From Eledone cirrhosa (taxonomy: Eukaryota), in assembly GCA_964016885.1 (NCBI GenBank), contig OZ024741.1:309504001-309568000 (forward strand): a stretch of DNA of 64,000 nucleotides, given 5' to 3'. Below, piece by piece: positions 28,300 to 41,324 of this stretch. The notes under the pieces were generated by a model. It was not told the DNA's origin, ran no database searches, and saw only the letters and a list, made by a program, of their open reading frames with translations. Every line of letters starts with the position of its first letter. The stretch's first letter is position 1. Both the position numbers and the translations under genes were made by a program.

Positions 28300-29405
28300 C
28301 ATATACACATATATACACGTATACATATATACACACATATATACACATATATATATACATACACACATACATACACCGACACATATACATATATATATAT
28401 ATATATATACAAAATTAAGATAAATTAAATGAATTTAATCCAAATCAATATTATGGGTGTCATGCCAGAAAGACATGCGCCATATCACCTGGAAAATAAG
28501 CTCTAAGATTCTAACGAGTAGGTCGGAGCATTTTATAATAAATAGAATAATCACAGGAGATCATTTTTACAAGTGTGTAACCACACATAGCTAGGTAGGT
28601 AACTAAATAAAGTTGACCAGAACTTCAAAAATAGATACCTTATAATATGATTAATCTTCCCTGTATATATTCCATTAAAGAAATATATTTCACCAATTAA
28701 TCGGATGGTAAACCACGGAAGTGGGGACTTGGATTTTCAACAAGGAAAAAGTTCCAGCAATCCGTGCTTACACTTCAAGTTCAAATCAGTTTAAAAGGAT
28801 GCGGTTAATGGGTTTAACACAAGGATTACCCACGTCCTTAGGAAAATTTTCCTTTAAAGACTTATAGGTGTCTCTAGGGACCCTAATCATCTTTAAATTA
28901 GGTTTGTCTGCACAGTTCGAAAAACTTTTCCCTTCGGTTTTCACCGAAGGGTCGTGGGAGATGACCTCCATTAAAGTTTTGTTTTCACTGTTTATGTATG
29001 TCTAATGTTTTTGTTGCGTTGTGTTGGTTTTTATCTGTTGTTCTTGTGTGAGCTTTCGTTTTGTTGTAGGTGTTTGTGTTTGGAGTGATGTCGTGGTTTT
29101 GTTTTCGGGACGGGGGTTTTTTATTTGTAATTTTTGTGTTGTTTGTGTTGGTGGTTGTATGTTTGTAGTGATGTTTGTTGTTTTCTCTTCTTGTGGCGTC
29201 TTTTCTTCTTTCTTTTCGAACGGAGAGGCTCTCCCTCATCGTCACTTGGTGATGATGAGGGGGCCTCGTCCCTTGTGGTGTCTGTGTTATTTGGAAGGGG
29301 TGTGTTTTGGGGAGCTGTTGTGTTTGTGGGTGTTTTGCAGTGGTTTTAGGTGGAGTGGGACTGTGCTTGCAGTTTGGTTTGTTGTTCTTGCTTGCGTGTT
29401 GTTGA

Positions 29406-29474
<69 letters not shown>

Positions 29475-29549
29475 CGTCGTTGTGGTGGTGGTGTTGGTGG
29501 TGGTGGTGGTGTTTTGGTTGTTGGCAGTAGTGCCTCTTTTTTTTGCAGC

Positions 29550-30895
29550 TAGCTCGGCTTCGGTGGGGCCCTGATCAACTTGGATCAGTCTAAGGCTTTC
29601 GATAGGGTTGACCATCGTTACCTGGATGCGGTGCTCGAGGCGGCAGGCTTCGGACCCGTGTTCAGGGGCTGGGTTGCTGCAATGCACAACAGCAACATCT
29701 GCTCAAGGGTCAAGGTGAACGGCTACCTCTCGGAGCCGTTCCATATCACGCGATCCATTCGACAGGGATGCCCTCTCTCCTCCCTTCTGTACGTACTGAC
29801 TCTGGAGCCACTACTGCGGAAGTTGGAGCTATTGCAGGGCATCCCTCTGGAACCGGGACTGTGGAAAGCGGCATCGGCCTACGCCGACAACGTGACAGTA
29901 ATGGTGTCGAGCACCTCGCAAATCGAATGGGCGACTGGCACATCGAATGTGCTCAGGCGCTCACAGCCCTCTGGCAGACGGACCCGGCGATCAGTGGAGA
30001 CTCCACTTCGTCATTCTATAGAGGGTTGATCTGCAGCAAGTGCGATGACGCGCTCGGAGAACTCTAGACGTAGAGGAAGACGAACTGGCCAGTCTGTTCG
30101 GTAGGACCTTCCGCCCGGGACCGATGGACAACTTCCAAAAGTCCCTGGCCTAGCAGTACTACCGAGGAGCTCTACCAGTTCGAGACAAGCTCTACAGACA
30201 TGGGCACCCGGGCAGGGACCCTTCAAAAAAGATCTGTCCGAGATGCGTACGAGATAAAGAAACCGTCACGCACGCATTCATACACTGCCCGGCCATTACC
30301 GACCTGTGGGGCTATGTAGAACGACTATTGTCGCGGGTGGGACCAATCCGGTTGACCACCGAGTCCGTTGTCAGGATCAAACCGCCACCCTCCTTCAAAA
30401 ACGAAGGAGAGGCGGTTTTCCTTTGTGTGATAGCTCTGGTGAAAGAGGTTGTATGGTGGACAAGGTTAAAAGGGGTGAGGTCAGACACCTTTCTCTCCGG
30501 CCAACAACTGATTCTTTTTTTCAAATACCACTTTGGAAGAAGAATCAGATGGAGAGAGAGGTGCTGTACCCCAGCAAGTTTTATGAAAGGTGGGTGAAAG
30601 TGGCGAGAATGGCCTGAGTGAATGGGCCTTCTCTCTATATCAGCCTGTAGGTTGAGGGAAAAGAGGAAGAGAGGAAAGGGGTACAAACTCTTCGTAACAC
30701 ATTTTTTCGCGGGTATGTGTTACCCATATGAAATGTCTCCCTCTATTGAGGAAAGTCGATTAACTTTGAAATTGCATTTGTGATAATATTTTACAGGTTT
30801 TTGCTATATGTAAACTTCCCCCTTTGTATTTGTCCCCTTCTTTTGTGCCCCTGTGGCTAATAAAGAAACATATCTATCTATCTATCTATTTATCT
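29550..30895 (+). mobile_element. Tx1/L1-clade LINE, truncated and internally deleted
   Basis: LDQSKAFDRVDH..SIRQGCPLSSLLY..AYADNVT; C-terminal CPRC..ETVTHAFIHC; aataaa then (TATC)n tail. Confidence 0.88.
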
Positions 30896-30898
30896 GTA

Positions 30899-31084
30899 GA
30901 TTGGCAGTGTCGGTAGAGGGTCGGACGCCATGCTTTGCAGCACAAAAGTACGTCCATTTGCGGTCATCAAGTTCAAATCCCGCCAAGGTTAACTTTGCCT
31001 TTCATCTTTACGGTCAATAAAATAAAGCACCAGTAATGTACTGGGGTAATTACTGGCCTTGTGCCAGAAGTAGAAACAATTATT
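30899..31084 (+). mobile_element. tRNA-derived SINE
   Basis: tggcagtgtcggtagag, gttcaaatcccgcc, family body. Confidence 0.85.
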
Positions 31085-31170
31085 AAATAAAGAAACATAG
31101 CTATCTATCTGTTTATCTATCTTTCTATCAATCTATCTATCCGCCTATTTTAATATCTTAAGAGTTATGC

Positions 31171-31338
31171 GCTTTCCCGGCGCCGAAGACGATTTGTCCT
31201 CGAGGACGCACCCTAATTTTGACAACCATAAATTTGAAAAAAAATCATAAACAACCTTCGGCCTCCAGGACGCATGGTAGATTTTTTAGACTTATTTTAG
31301 AGGAAAAAATAGTGTCTTCGACGCCGGGAAATACGGTA
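31171..31338. mobile_element. Tc1/pogo-Tigger-like MITE, left end truncated
   Basis: tttcccggcgccgaagac / gtcttcgacgccgggaaatacggta inverted ends. Confidence 0.6.
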
Positions 31339-31639
31339 TATTGTTTGTCATACGTATGTGTAAAAATATACGTGTGTGAGCATATATATATGGGTCCCTA
31401 TCTCTCTATATAGGTGTGTGTGTATGTGTGTGTGTGTGTGTCTTTGAACGTGTGTAGGTATGTATGTGCGTATATGAGTACTCACGCACTGTGTGTGTAT
31501 GTACAGTTTAGCTCATGAAATTCATTATGTTTTACGTCTGAATGAACACATATATTGATGGACTAGGATTTACGATGCGGTGAATCAATAGCTTCTTCCA
31601 TATGACGCTATGTTCGCGGGAGGCCTATTGCTAGGACCG

Positions 31640-31870
31640 TCTTGCTGTTGGATTAAAATGCTTGCGACATTTATTTCGGCTCACCTTTATATCCAGACTC
31701 TATCCCCATGGCGTACACAACGACCTCATCCATCAAATTTCGGTGTTTGGCGTTTGCACCGTCGTAGCGCCGTGTGTGATAACTTCCGGTATCTTTTACA
31801 GTCCCTTGGACCATACCCATGATATGGGACGTGGCGACTTGTTCCACTGCCGTCCTCTCTCTGGACCGCC
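31640..31870 (+). mobile_element. Degraded CRE-like RLE fragment
   Basis: HNDL and PW..IWDVATC resemble the element at 37885. Confidence 0.35.
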
Positions 31871-32559
31871 ATAGGATCGCCTCTACTTGTGTACGTGATT
31901 CTATGTATAGGCACAAATGCGTATATAAGGTTGGCAGTATTCACATGTATACGGGTGCAGATACGCATACACCCACGTGTATGCCGACACACATACCCAA
32001 CAAGTCAGCTACTGTCACTCGCTATGCTGGTCAGCACGACCTTCATACCCTCAGAGCTTTATGTAAAGAAAGAAACACACACACACACACATTGGGCCAG
32101 ATATGGGGGCCCACGGCAGTTCAGGTTTCGTGGTCCCCTCACATAACAACAGCAAGCACTTTAATTTCTTCTATCTTTCATTCTATCTACCGATGAAAGA
32201 CTATCGTCCGAAACGTTATATGTATTTTCCCACTATATCAAGCGTTAAACTAATATATATCATCATTGTACTTTGTTGCTCTCCCGTGCTGTTTTTTTTT
32301 TTTTTACTTTTCTCATACATGTATGTACGTATGTATGTATGTACGTATGTATGTATGTACGTATGTATGTATGTACGTACGTATGTATGTATGTATGTAT
32401 GTATGTATGTATGTATGTATGTATGTATGTATGTATGTATGTATGTTTGTGAGTACGTATGTAGGTGTGTGTCTGTGTGTGTGTGTGTGTGTGCGTGTGT
32501 ATGTGTGTGTACGTGTGTATGTGTGTGTGTGCGTGTGTATATATGTAGGTGTGTGTGTG

Positions 32560-33560
32560 TAATAAATTATGTAAAGTCGATTATTTGGTCCATAGCTACA
32601 GCGAATTTCAGATGTGTGCGATATTTCGTGCTCTCTGGAAGTGAATATTTAAAAAAGAAAGATAGTGAATGGAATTACGACTGGTTCCTGCCAATTATTG
32701 GTTAGTAAAGGTCATGTGGTGATATTCAGTAGTCTCTGTTAGGGTTGATGGAAATCAAATGGAGACGATTATATTCTTATTATCTATCGTATAATTTTGC
32801 CGACTGATCTAATAGGGATATTTAAGGAGCATAGCCAGTAAATTACCATCAGCAAAAACTAAGAATAGTTAATTTCCTAGATATCACCATAGATTTTATT
32901 TCAGAAAAGCATTCTACCGACCGAAATCCAAACGAGAATACTGCGTACACATACATCTCCAAAAACGGACAGACATTGTTTGAAAAGAATTTGTAAAGAA
33001 AATTGGTAGCCAACCTATCCTCTAATGGAGTTATTTTCAACCATGCCACTATCACTCCTCTCCATTACAATACTGCATAAATAAAAGGCACAAATAAAGA
33101 AATAAAGAGCATTACTCACTAAAATAGCAAGTCCTGAAAAAATATTACATTGCTCCTTGGACAACATAAGAGCTACTGTAAGACTAAACAACGGTATTCA
33201 GATGAATTATACATAACTTACAGAGCATACCTTTATGTACAGATTCAACCTGCACGGAGGTATGGTTAAAAGATCGAGTGGTTCTTATCTTGTCGGCTCA
33301 TGAACACTACATACAATCGCTCTGGTCTCGTGCAGTAAACATAGGATTCAAACAATGAAAATGAAAGACATGAACTACTAAATGAAAAACTTTGAAGTAC
33401 TACCCAGGAAAGTCTACTCAGAGTATGCTAAAACGTTTACGATGAAATGCCACTTCTTTGAGAACAAAGAAAATATTCCCCTCAAGAGAAAAACCGTCCC
33501 AGATTTAAATTTCGAAGATGCAAAACAAAGAATTAAAAGCATTCGAGAATTACCTCCTTA
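32560..33560 (+). mobile_element. Highly degraded PLE RT fragment
   Basis: INYVKSI..KKKDS..DDY..RIVNFLDITID..NPNENTAY with stops and frameshifts. Confidence 0.55.
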
Positions 33561-34175
33561 GCTTGATAAAAGAATATAGAATTTAACAACTGAAAGTACC
33601 ATTTTTTATACAAGCTAAACTCGAATTTAATTTTTGAAAAATAATAACGTCCTCCAATAACTTACGATGTTGTAGTCATTGTTGTTGGTGGGTTTCGAAG
33701 CAGATCAACTCTGACAAAACCTATGATAAAACCATGAAAATTGTCTTTTTACCCAAATGTTTTCTGTATAAGACGGCGATATTATTTAGTGTGACCTACC
33801 TTCCCTCTTTTTTTTAAAGATAGCAGAGTGTGATTTGACTCGGTAGCATATTATTTTCAGCAAAAGGCGTGTCTTTAATTGACTTTTGTTTCAATAAAGC
33901 AAATGTTTACCACTTGAATATCACAGAGAACAAGTTAAGTAAAAGATTGGCATTTCACACTTCCGGTCATTGAAGACGTGACATTTCTCCTATTATAAAA
34001 CGGACGCCATTTGTCTACATAGAGATTTTCTTTTCTTTTACTACTACTACTACTACAACAACAACTACTACTACTTCTGCTCTACTACTACTACTATTGC
34101 TACTTCTACTACTAATACTATTACTGCTACTACTACTGCTGCTGCTACTGCTACTACTACTGCTGCTACTACTAC

Positions 34176-34216
<41 letters not shown>

Positions 34217-34995
34217 TTGTACTGGTTGAAAAGAGGAGACCTTAAAAAGGCTACAGAAGGAATGCTAATGGCTGCGCAAGAGCAGGCCCTCAAAACGAAG
34301 TGGTTGAAAGACCATATTTACAAGGAGGAGGCTAGCCCACTGTGCAGGATCTGTGGAGAGAGGAGACTGTGGCTCACATTGTATCCGAGTGTAAACACCT
34401 AGCCCAGACTCACTATAAGGGCTGGAGACATGATGTGATGGGCAGGGTGATCCACTGGCACCTATGCAAAGTAAACAATTTACCACATTCTGAGAAGTGG
34501 TATGAGCATAAGCCAGAGTCGGTGATAGAAAACGATCAGGTGAAGGTGCTATGGGATTTTAGGATACAGACGGACAAGAAACTGGAACACAATAGACCTG
34601 ACCTGGTGGTTTTGGACAAGGAAAAAAGATCATGCCTGATTGTGGATGTGGCCTGCCCATTCGACACGAGAGTGCAAGAGAAGGAGAGGGAGAAAATTAA
34701 CCGATACTAGGACTTAAAGTGGGAGGTAAAAAGGATTTGGAACTGCCATGAAGTCAGAGTCGTCCCGATTGTCATTGGCGCACTAGGTACTATCTCAAAG
34801 AGTTTCCAGGGATGGTTAAAGAAAATTGGACCCGCCACGCTTTTTGGAACGCTTCAAAAGGCATGCTTGCTGGGAACAGCAAGAACCCTCCGATACGTCC
34901 TGAATATCTGAGGCTGCAAGTAGTGGCTTGATATTCATTTCAACAAACTTTCCAGTTAACTAACATCAATGACTGAGACTCAAAGAACAATAATA
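34217..34995 (+). mobile_element. 5'-truncated Dong/R4-like non-LTR retrotransposon in a (TAA)n tract
   Basis: TEGMLMAAQEQAL, CRIC..ETVAHIVSEC, RHD, RPDLVV..DVACPFD..EK, PIVIGALG, LQKACLLGTA; (TAA)n on both sides. Confidence 0.9.
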
Positions 34996-35013
34996 TTGTT
35001 ATTATTATTATTC

Positions 35014-35190
35014 GAGTGGCTGTATCGGTAGAGCGTCGGACACACTGCTTCGTGGCATAGAGTTACGGTCTTTTACGTTCTGGGTTCAAATCCCAACGAG
35101 GTTAGTTTTGCCTTTCATCCTTACGGGGTCGATAAAATAAAGCACCATTTATGTACTGGGGTAATTGTGCCAAAAGTAGAAATATTATTA
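35014..35190 (+). mobile_element. tRNA-derived SINE
   Basis: A/B boxes and family body. Confidence 0.8.
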
Positions 35191-35892
35191 TTTCATTGTA
35201 CGTTGTTATTTTGTTTTTGTTTTTGTATTTCTTACTGGGTTTCCATACTCTATGGAATAAGAAAAAAACGTCGCTTTTTAATGTATCTCGAGACTCCAGA
35301 TACAGACGATTTTCCTGAACCCAGAGATAAGCCGGTAGTGCTGGATTTCTTGGCTGCAGAATGACAATATCGTTCTACACGAACTCGTTCAGTGTTTGAT
35401 AATTGTTAACTTAAGGGGATGTGTTGAACAGGTGTTGTCGCGAGCAAGATAAATCAAGTTCTCGAATAAGTTCACCATGAAGATCGTTCCATCACGAAAA
35501 TCGACCCATCGCGAAGATCGTTCATCAAAATCATCATACCATGGTTTCATAGGGCTGGCAGTTTTCTTTGGTGTGAGTGCTATGGCTGGCGAAATAAGTT
35601 GTACGATGGGCAAGACTGAAATAAGTAAAGAGTACACATCGAACGTCTCTTCCCAACCGAGGAATTCTCATTGTTAAAATTTCTGTTGTTACCTATCTTT
35701 TATTATTGTTAAAACTATTTCCACGCAAAACACACTCAGAAGCACACACACTTATCCTATGTCGTTCTAATGTGTTCTTAATGTAAACTCTTTGTGGTGA
35801 ATAAAGAAATCATTGTTATTATATATTGTCTTCTTTGTTAGAGAAGAGAGGTGGAAGAATTTGGGTACGAATTTTGTATGTATGTATGTATG

Positions 35893-36053
35893 TAGGTCTC
35901 TCGAGTGCTACTGGTAATATGTAACCCAGTGCAACCTGTCTCATGGTCGGATCGTCGGCGATTAAACCGGCAACCCCACCAAGCTTGCTTGGTGAGGAGA
36001 GTGATATTTGGACACCCTGCAGGATGAACTCAGCAGAGTCAACGGCTATCCAA
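35893..36053 (-). mobile_element. Dispersed short repeat with (TACA)n tail; second copy at about 54783-54975 (+)
   Basis: Shared ctcctcaccaag..cttggtggggttg..acaggttg..gggttacat..cagtagcactc. Confidence 0.65.
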
Positions 36054-36882
36054 ATAGCACTTTTTTTCTTTTTTTTCACCTGGGAGTGAAAGGCCCCCAG
36101 TTGTTATCATAACACCTTTCTAGGAGAGGGAAACTCTGGAAAAAAAACCTGCGGTTTCGGGAGCATCCGATGATGTTGACCAGTTCTCCTTTTCGGGTAG
36201 TGTTTTCGATACTCAGAGACTGGGATTGGTTGAGTGCAAGGCCTTTCCCCACTTAAAAGACATTCAAAGCACAGGCATTGTTTGTTCAGGGTATGTTACA
36301 GGTTCGTGTGGCTAAAAGTGCACCAAACTCTATAACCTGACAAGCAATTGCAATACTCTTAGCAGTGTTTGCAGCAATCATATATGTATGTATGTATGTA
36401 TGTATAGACACATACATGCATATACACACACGCACACGCACACACACACACAACATTAATAGGAAACAAGTATACACGAGATAGTGCGGACAGACGATGG
36501 TTAGATGGGACCAAAGAAACAATGTTTCCATCTGCCCGTCACATGTACTGGAAGCGTCACCACTTTTCTGGTGACAAGAGGTGACATTTGAACTTATAAT
36601 GTACAAGTCTGCTAATCAACTACCATGAACTGGTGCTTTATATACCGACCCAGAAAGGATGAAAAACAAATCGGTGGGATTTGAACTCAAAGCGCAAGAT
36701 CTGGAACAGTTATCGCAAAACACTAATGAATCTGCCAATTTGCCGCCGTTTGTTCTTTATATGACCAACCAAAATGTATATCGTGTGTGAATGTGTGTAT
36801 ATGTATGTGTGTGTGTATCTGTGTGTGTGTGTGTGCATGTGTGTGTGTATAAATATATATATGTGTGTGTGTGTGTATGTGT

Positions 36883-36924
<42 letters not shown>

Positions 36925-37035
36925 GTTTGTTAATATTGGGTTGTGGATTTATACGCATGAAAGTTATAACAAACATTTACTGATAGGGTGATTCGATACT
37001 TGTATAATATGTTCATATCAATATTGCGTGTGTGC

Positions 37036-37085
<50 letters not shown>

Positions 37086-37182
37086 TAGGGTGTGGTAAAA
37101 ACCAGCTAGACCATAACCCACCAGAGTACTCGATACTTGGGGTAGTCGAAACGACCAGAGCTCAGCCGTCAGGGTCCTGAAT

Positions 37183-37218
<36 letters not shown>

Positions 37219-37884
37219 ATATGAATACATACATACATACATGCATACATACATACATACATACATACATACATACATACATGCATACATGCATACATGC
37301 ATACATACATGCATACATACATACATACATACATACATACATACATACATACATACATACATACATACATACATACATACATGCATACATGCATACATAC
37401 ATACATACATACATACATACATACATACATACATACATACATACATGCATACATGCATACATACATACATACATACATACATACATACATACATACATAC
37501 ATACATACATACATACATACATACATACATACATACATACATACATACATACATACATACATACATACATACATACATACAAGATGACACTCCTGCGATT
37601 AACGTATAAATACAATTCCGGAAGAAAAAAAATAGAGAGAGAAAGAAAAGTGAGACAAAATTTAATTACACCCAACTATTTTCGTTTCGTTTGCCAAGAA
37701 TTCGACTCTTGGGATGGGACAAACCCGTGACCTTTTACAGGCATTACTTACAGTAGTTTAGTTTATTTGTAGATAAGGCGTCGAATTGGCAGAGTCGTTA
37801 GTACGACAGTTAGAATGTGTGGTGATATGAGTGCGGGTCCTCAGTGCACTGGGCTTAAATCACGCCGAGGTCAGATTTGCTGTT

Positions 37885-38433
37885 CATACTTTGGAAGTCA
37901 CGCAGCTGGCTTCCCATCCCAACTGGAGCCAGCAGGCCTTGGCCGCAGAGACGACAAACGCCCCGACGGAATTACCCTCTTCCCATTCGAAGGAGGTAGA
38001 CCCCCCTCATCTGAGACGCCACGTGTTGCGACACGTTCTCCGCCTCCAACTGAGTTGCTTCGGCCACAAATCCCGGTACGGCGGCTCGCAATGCAGAGAA
38101 AAGGAAGACAAAGAAATACCGGGGATGATCGACTGCTTCCTCGTCACACCTGTCGCCGTCGACACCTTAGGCATATAGGTGGGGTGGCTGTTGCAGCGGG
38201 TGTCGCTGGCCATTGTCCGCAGAAATGCTTTTCGGTCTTGTCCACGAGGCGCAGCCCCAACAACGCCGCGCCCTAGGCCTAGAGCCCATTACCTTCTCCC
38301 TCTCATACTTCTGTGACCCTATAACCTTTGCCCTTCCCTTCATTTTCGGTTTTTAAATATCTGTAGTGTTGTTATTTGAAATAGATTTGTTTATGATTTT
38401 TTAATTAATAAAACGTTTTATATTTCAAAAAAA
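37885..38433 (+). mobile_element. 3' fragment of CRE-like non-LTR retrotransposon
   Basis: LEPAGLGRRDDKRPDGITLFPFEGGRP..DATCCDT..AEKRK..PVAVDTLG; aataaa and short poly-A. Confidence 0.8.
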
Positions 38434-38493
38434 GGACTAGTCTAGTACCAGGGTCTCCCCCCCCCCCTATCTCACTCTCTCTCTCTCTATCTA

Positions 38494-38581
<88 letters not shown>

Positions 38582-39167
38582 TTATCTTTCTCTTTCGCCG
38601 AAAGAAAGAAATATGCTATATTCAAACATGAAGAGGGCTGAACTCAGCCAGGTTTAAATATATTCACTCACTCTCTGTCAGCCACCTCATTGTTTCCCTC
38701 GCCTGACCCTCTAGCAGTCCTTTTCTCACTTACACTCGCTGTGATCAGACGGGTTTTTTCATCGTCCACACACTTTAGAACTTACGTTCAGCACCGTTGT
38801 GAACTTGGATTTTCTTTCTTCAAGTTGCTCGCACATTCTCCGGTTTGTTGTTTTCTTTTTCGCTGTTTTTGTCTTTTCCTCCCTTTTTTCCCTTTTCCTT
38901 TCTATTTTCCTTCCCTCTCTCCTCCGTTTTCCCAATAACTTAACTAGTTATTGACCGCGCTGGGGGTAGATATATTATCTTTAAAGCGTTGAAATATCCG
39001 AGCCCCTTAGTAGACAACTGATAAGGACCCCCCCCCCCCCCCCCGTTCTTGCTTTCTTCGTGATTTTAAGCCTATATATATATATATCAAATGAACCAAC
39101 GGAGTAAAGGCCCCGCGTGGTTCCCTGTAATATAATGAGCTCAAAGAAATTTTTTTCGGGCTCTTCA

Positions 39168-39544
39168 AAATATATAGGAGAGAATACATGAAAAGAACAT
39201 GTTTTTCATTACAGGGTATATCTTACCACTAGAGTGAAATTCAAATAAACTGCGAAAGGTACAGGGAAAACATTATAATCAAACAGATTAATAAAATGCG
39301 AAACGTGCCTCCAAGACACATTTTCTGAAACACCTGCTGATGACCTATGGATAATGTGATTCTTGTGAAACAATCCCACCATGGGACTGTACAGGTGTCA
39401 TAGTTATGGAGGTACGTTTTGCATTTTATTAAGCTGTTTGATTATAGTGTTTTTTTCCTGTACCTTTCACAGTTTATTTGTCTTTCACTCTGGTGGTATA
39501 ATACACCCGGTAATGAAAAAACATGTTCTTTCCATGTATTCTCT

Positions 39545-39550
<6 letters not shown>
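39168..39550 (+). mobile_element. Fold-back element (~145-bp diverged arms) enclosing an HHR
   Basis: 39168-39313 is the reverse complement of 39407-39550. Confidence 0.75.
39330..39398 (+). ncRNA. Type I hammerhead ribozyme with long stem III
   Basis: acacctg CTGATGA .. GAAAC aatccca-cca-tgggact GTA caggtgt; stem II poorly paired. Confidence 0.7.
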
Positions 39551-39588
<38 letters not shown>

Positions 39589-39917
39589 AATAACTGTGTG
39601 TATGTGTGGGTGATCCATGCATATATTTATTATGTTTTAATATCTGTGTGTGCATTGGTTATATATACATATGATTATTCTTTTAAATTTCCAATTGAGT
39701 TCTTATACACGTGGTTTATAGGTTTATAGGTTTAATTGATCAGCGTGTATATTGTTTTATTTTATGATAACCTCCCTTTACCCTTTTAGGGACAGCGTGT
39801 AATTTTTATTTGGGAGGACTGCTGGATTTTAATCTACCAGTCTCTTCTTAGCGCTGAGGGAGACCATCACCATTATATTGATGTCGATATATTCTTATAT
39901 CGATATTAATTTGGGCA

Positions 39918-40011
39918 TCCACTAATGAGTTTATAAGAGCTTGTGTATAAAACTACGGATTATTTATTTATCCCAATTTGTAGAAATCTTATAACGAAAC
40001 GGCCGTCTGGA
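39918..40011 (+). ncRNA. Type I hammerhead motif with G5A core change (probably inactive)
   Basis: tcca CTAATGA gtttataaga..tcttataac GAAAC ggcc GTC tgga. Confidence 0.65.
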
Positions 40012-40330
40012 AGGAAAGAGATATTTATTTGATACAACCAATTTTCCACGAAATACTGATTAGTTAGCACCCCAAATACTAAATTGGGATAATACTTAAG
40101 TATATCCTAATGTTTGTTGAGTGAGATGGAATGGAATTGGTCGGAGTATCGCTTAAGGCTTTCTCTGTTTATGTATTGTATATATATATACATACATACA
40201 TATACATATATATATATATGTATAAATATTTCGTATCTCCAATGAAATACGGTTTTAGGAAGCCGTAGCTATGCAAACACCGGGGGGCTAACGCCCTCTG
40301 GTGATGTCCAGCAGAAGCAAGGGGGGGACA

Positions 40331-40374
40331 ACCGTCTATGCCTTTCAGGCTTAACTGAACTTCGTCAGGACGGT
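40331..40374 (-). ncRNA. Minimal type I hammerhead ribozyme (diverged copy)
   Basis: accgtc CTGACGA agttcagttaagcct GAAA ggca TA gacggt. Confidence 0.65.
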
Positions 40375-40766
40375 CCCTCCCACCACTTGTGACTGCTGGA
40401 CTAGGAGACAGCCGAAAAAATATACTTTTCTCGTCTGTGTAAATGAGGTGATTAATCTCATTTGCATATGAAGCTGCATAAATTGGCTCAACTTATAAAA
40501 AAGAAATAGGATTTCACTTCAAGGGCGTTAGACCCCCGGAGTTTGCATAGCTACGGCTTCCTAAAACCGTATTTCCTTGGAGATACGAAATATTTATGCA
40601 TATTGTATAAAGCTATGCTTGAAGCGAAATCCTATTTCTTTTTTATAAATTGAGCCAACTTATGCAGCTTCATATGCAAATGAGATTAATCACCTCATTT
40701 ACACAGACAAGAAAAGTATATATTCTCGCCTGTCTCCTAGTCCAGCAGTCGCAAGTGGTGGGAGGG

Positions 40767-40810
40767 ACCGTCCTGACGAAGGCCAGTTAAGCCTGAAATA
40801 CATAGACGGT
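40767..40810 (+). ncRNA. Minimal type I hammerhead ribozyme
   Basis: accgtc CTGACGA aggc-cagttaa-gcct GAAA taca TA gacggt. Confidence 0.82.
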
Positions 40811-40964
40811 TGTCCCTCTTGCTTCTTCTGGACATCACCAGAGGGCGTTAGCCCCCCCCCCCCCCGGTGTTTGCATAGCTACGGCTTCCTAAAACCGTAT
40901 TTCCTTGGAGATACGAAATATTTATACATATTGTATAAAGCTATGCTTGAAGCGAAATCCTATT

Positions 40965-41003
<39 letters not shown>

Positions 41004-41236
41004 GAAACACACAGATACATGCGGACACACACATATATACATGAATGCATCCGCACCCAACTGTGAGTTAAGGGGGTGCCAACTTCACCGATGTTGCTCA
41101 ATGAATGACTGGGACAGACCAATTCAGTTTGAACCAGACTGAACCAGTATCAGAGTTAAAAATACATTATGAAGAGAGAAGAAACATTTAGATATAATTA
41201 GTAATAAAATGTATCATACCTAAACTGCTCCTAAAT

Positions 41237-41324
41237 TCCTCGACTACGTAGTTTCGTGGCATAAACAAAAACAATATATCAAAGATATAGAGTCCCTGCG
41301 AGGTCTGCCAACTTATCAAGAGGA
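41237..41324 (-). ncRNA. Hammerhead ribozyme, U3-A8 core variant
   Basis: Reverse complement of 42234-42321. Confidence 0.72.

Larger units (their letters stand above)
40218..40970. mobile_element. Retrozyme-like element, ~320-328-nt unit; one inverted copy plus ~1.4 direct copies
   Basis: 40218-40521 inverted relative to 40522-40970; agggcgttag recurs at 40522 and 40842. Confidence 0.8.

Noticed and set aside
32596-32700. Apparent exon (ag|CTACAGCG..TTG|gttagt) in phase with the 5578 exon
   Set aside because: The peptide and its flanks resemble the degraded PLE RT continuing downstream.
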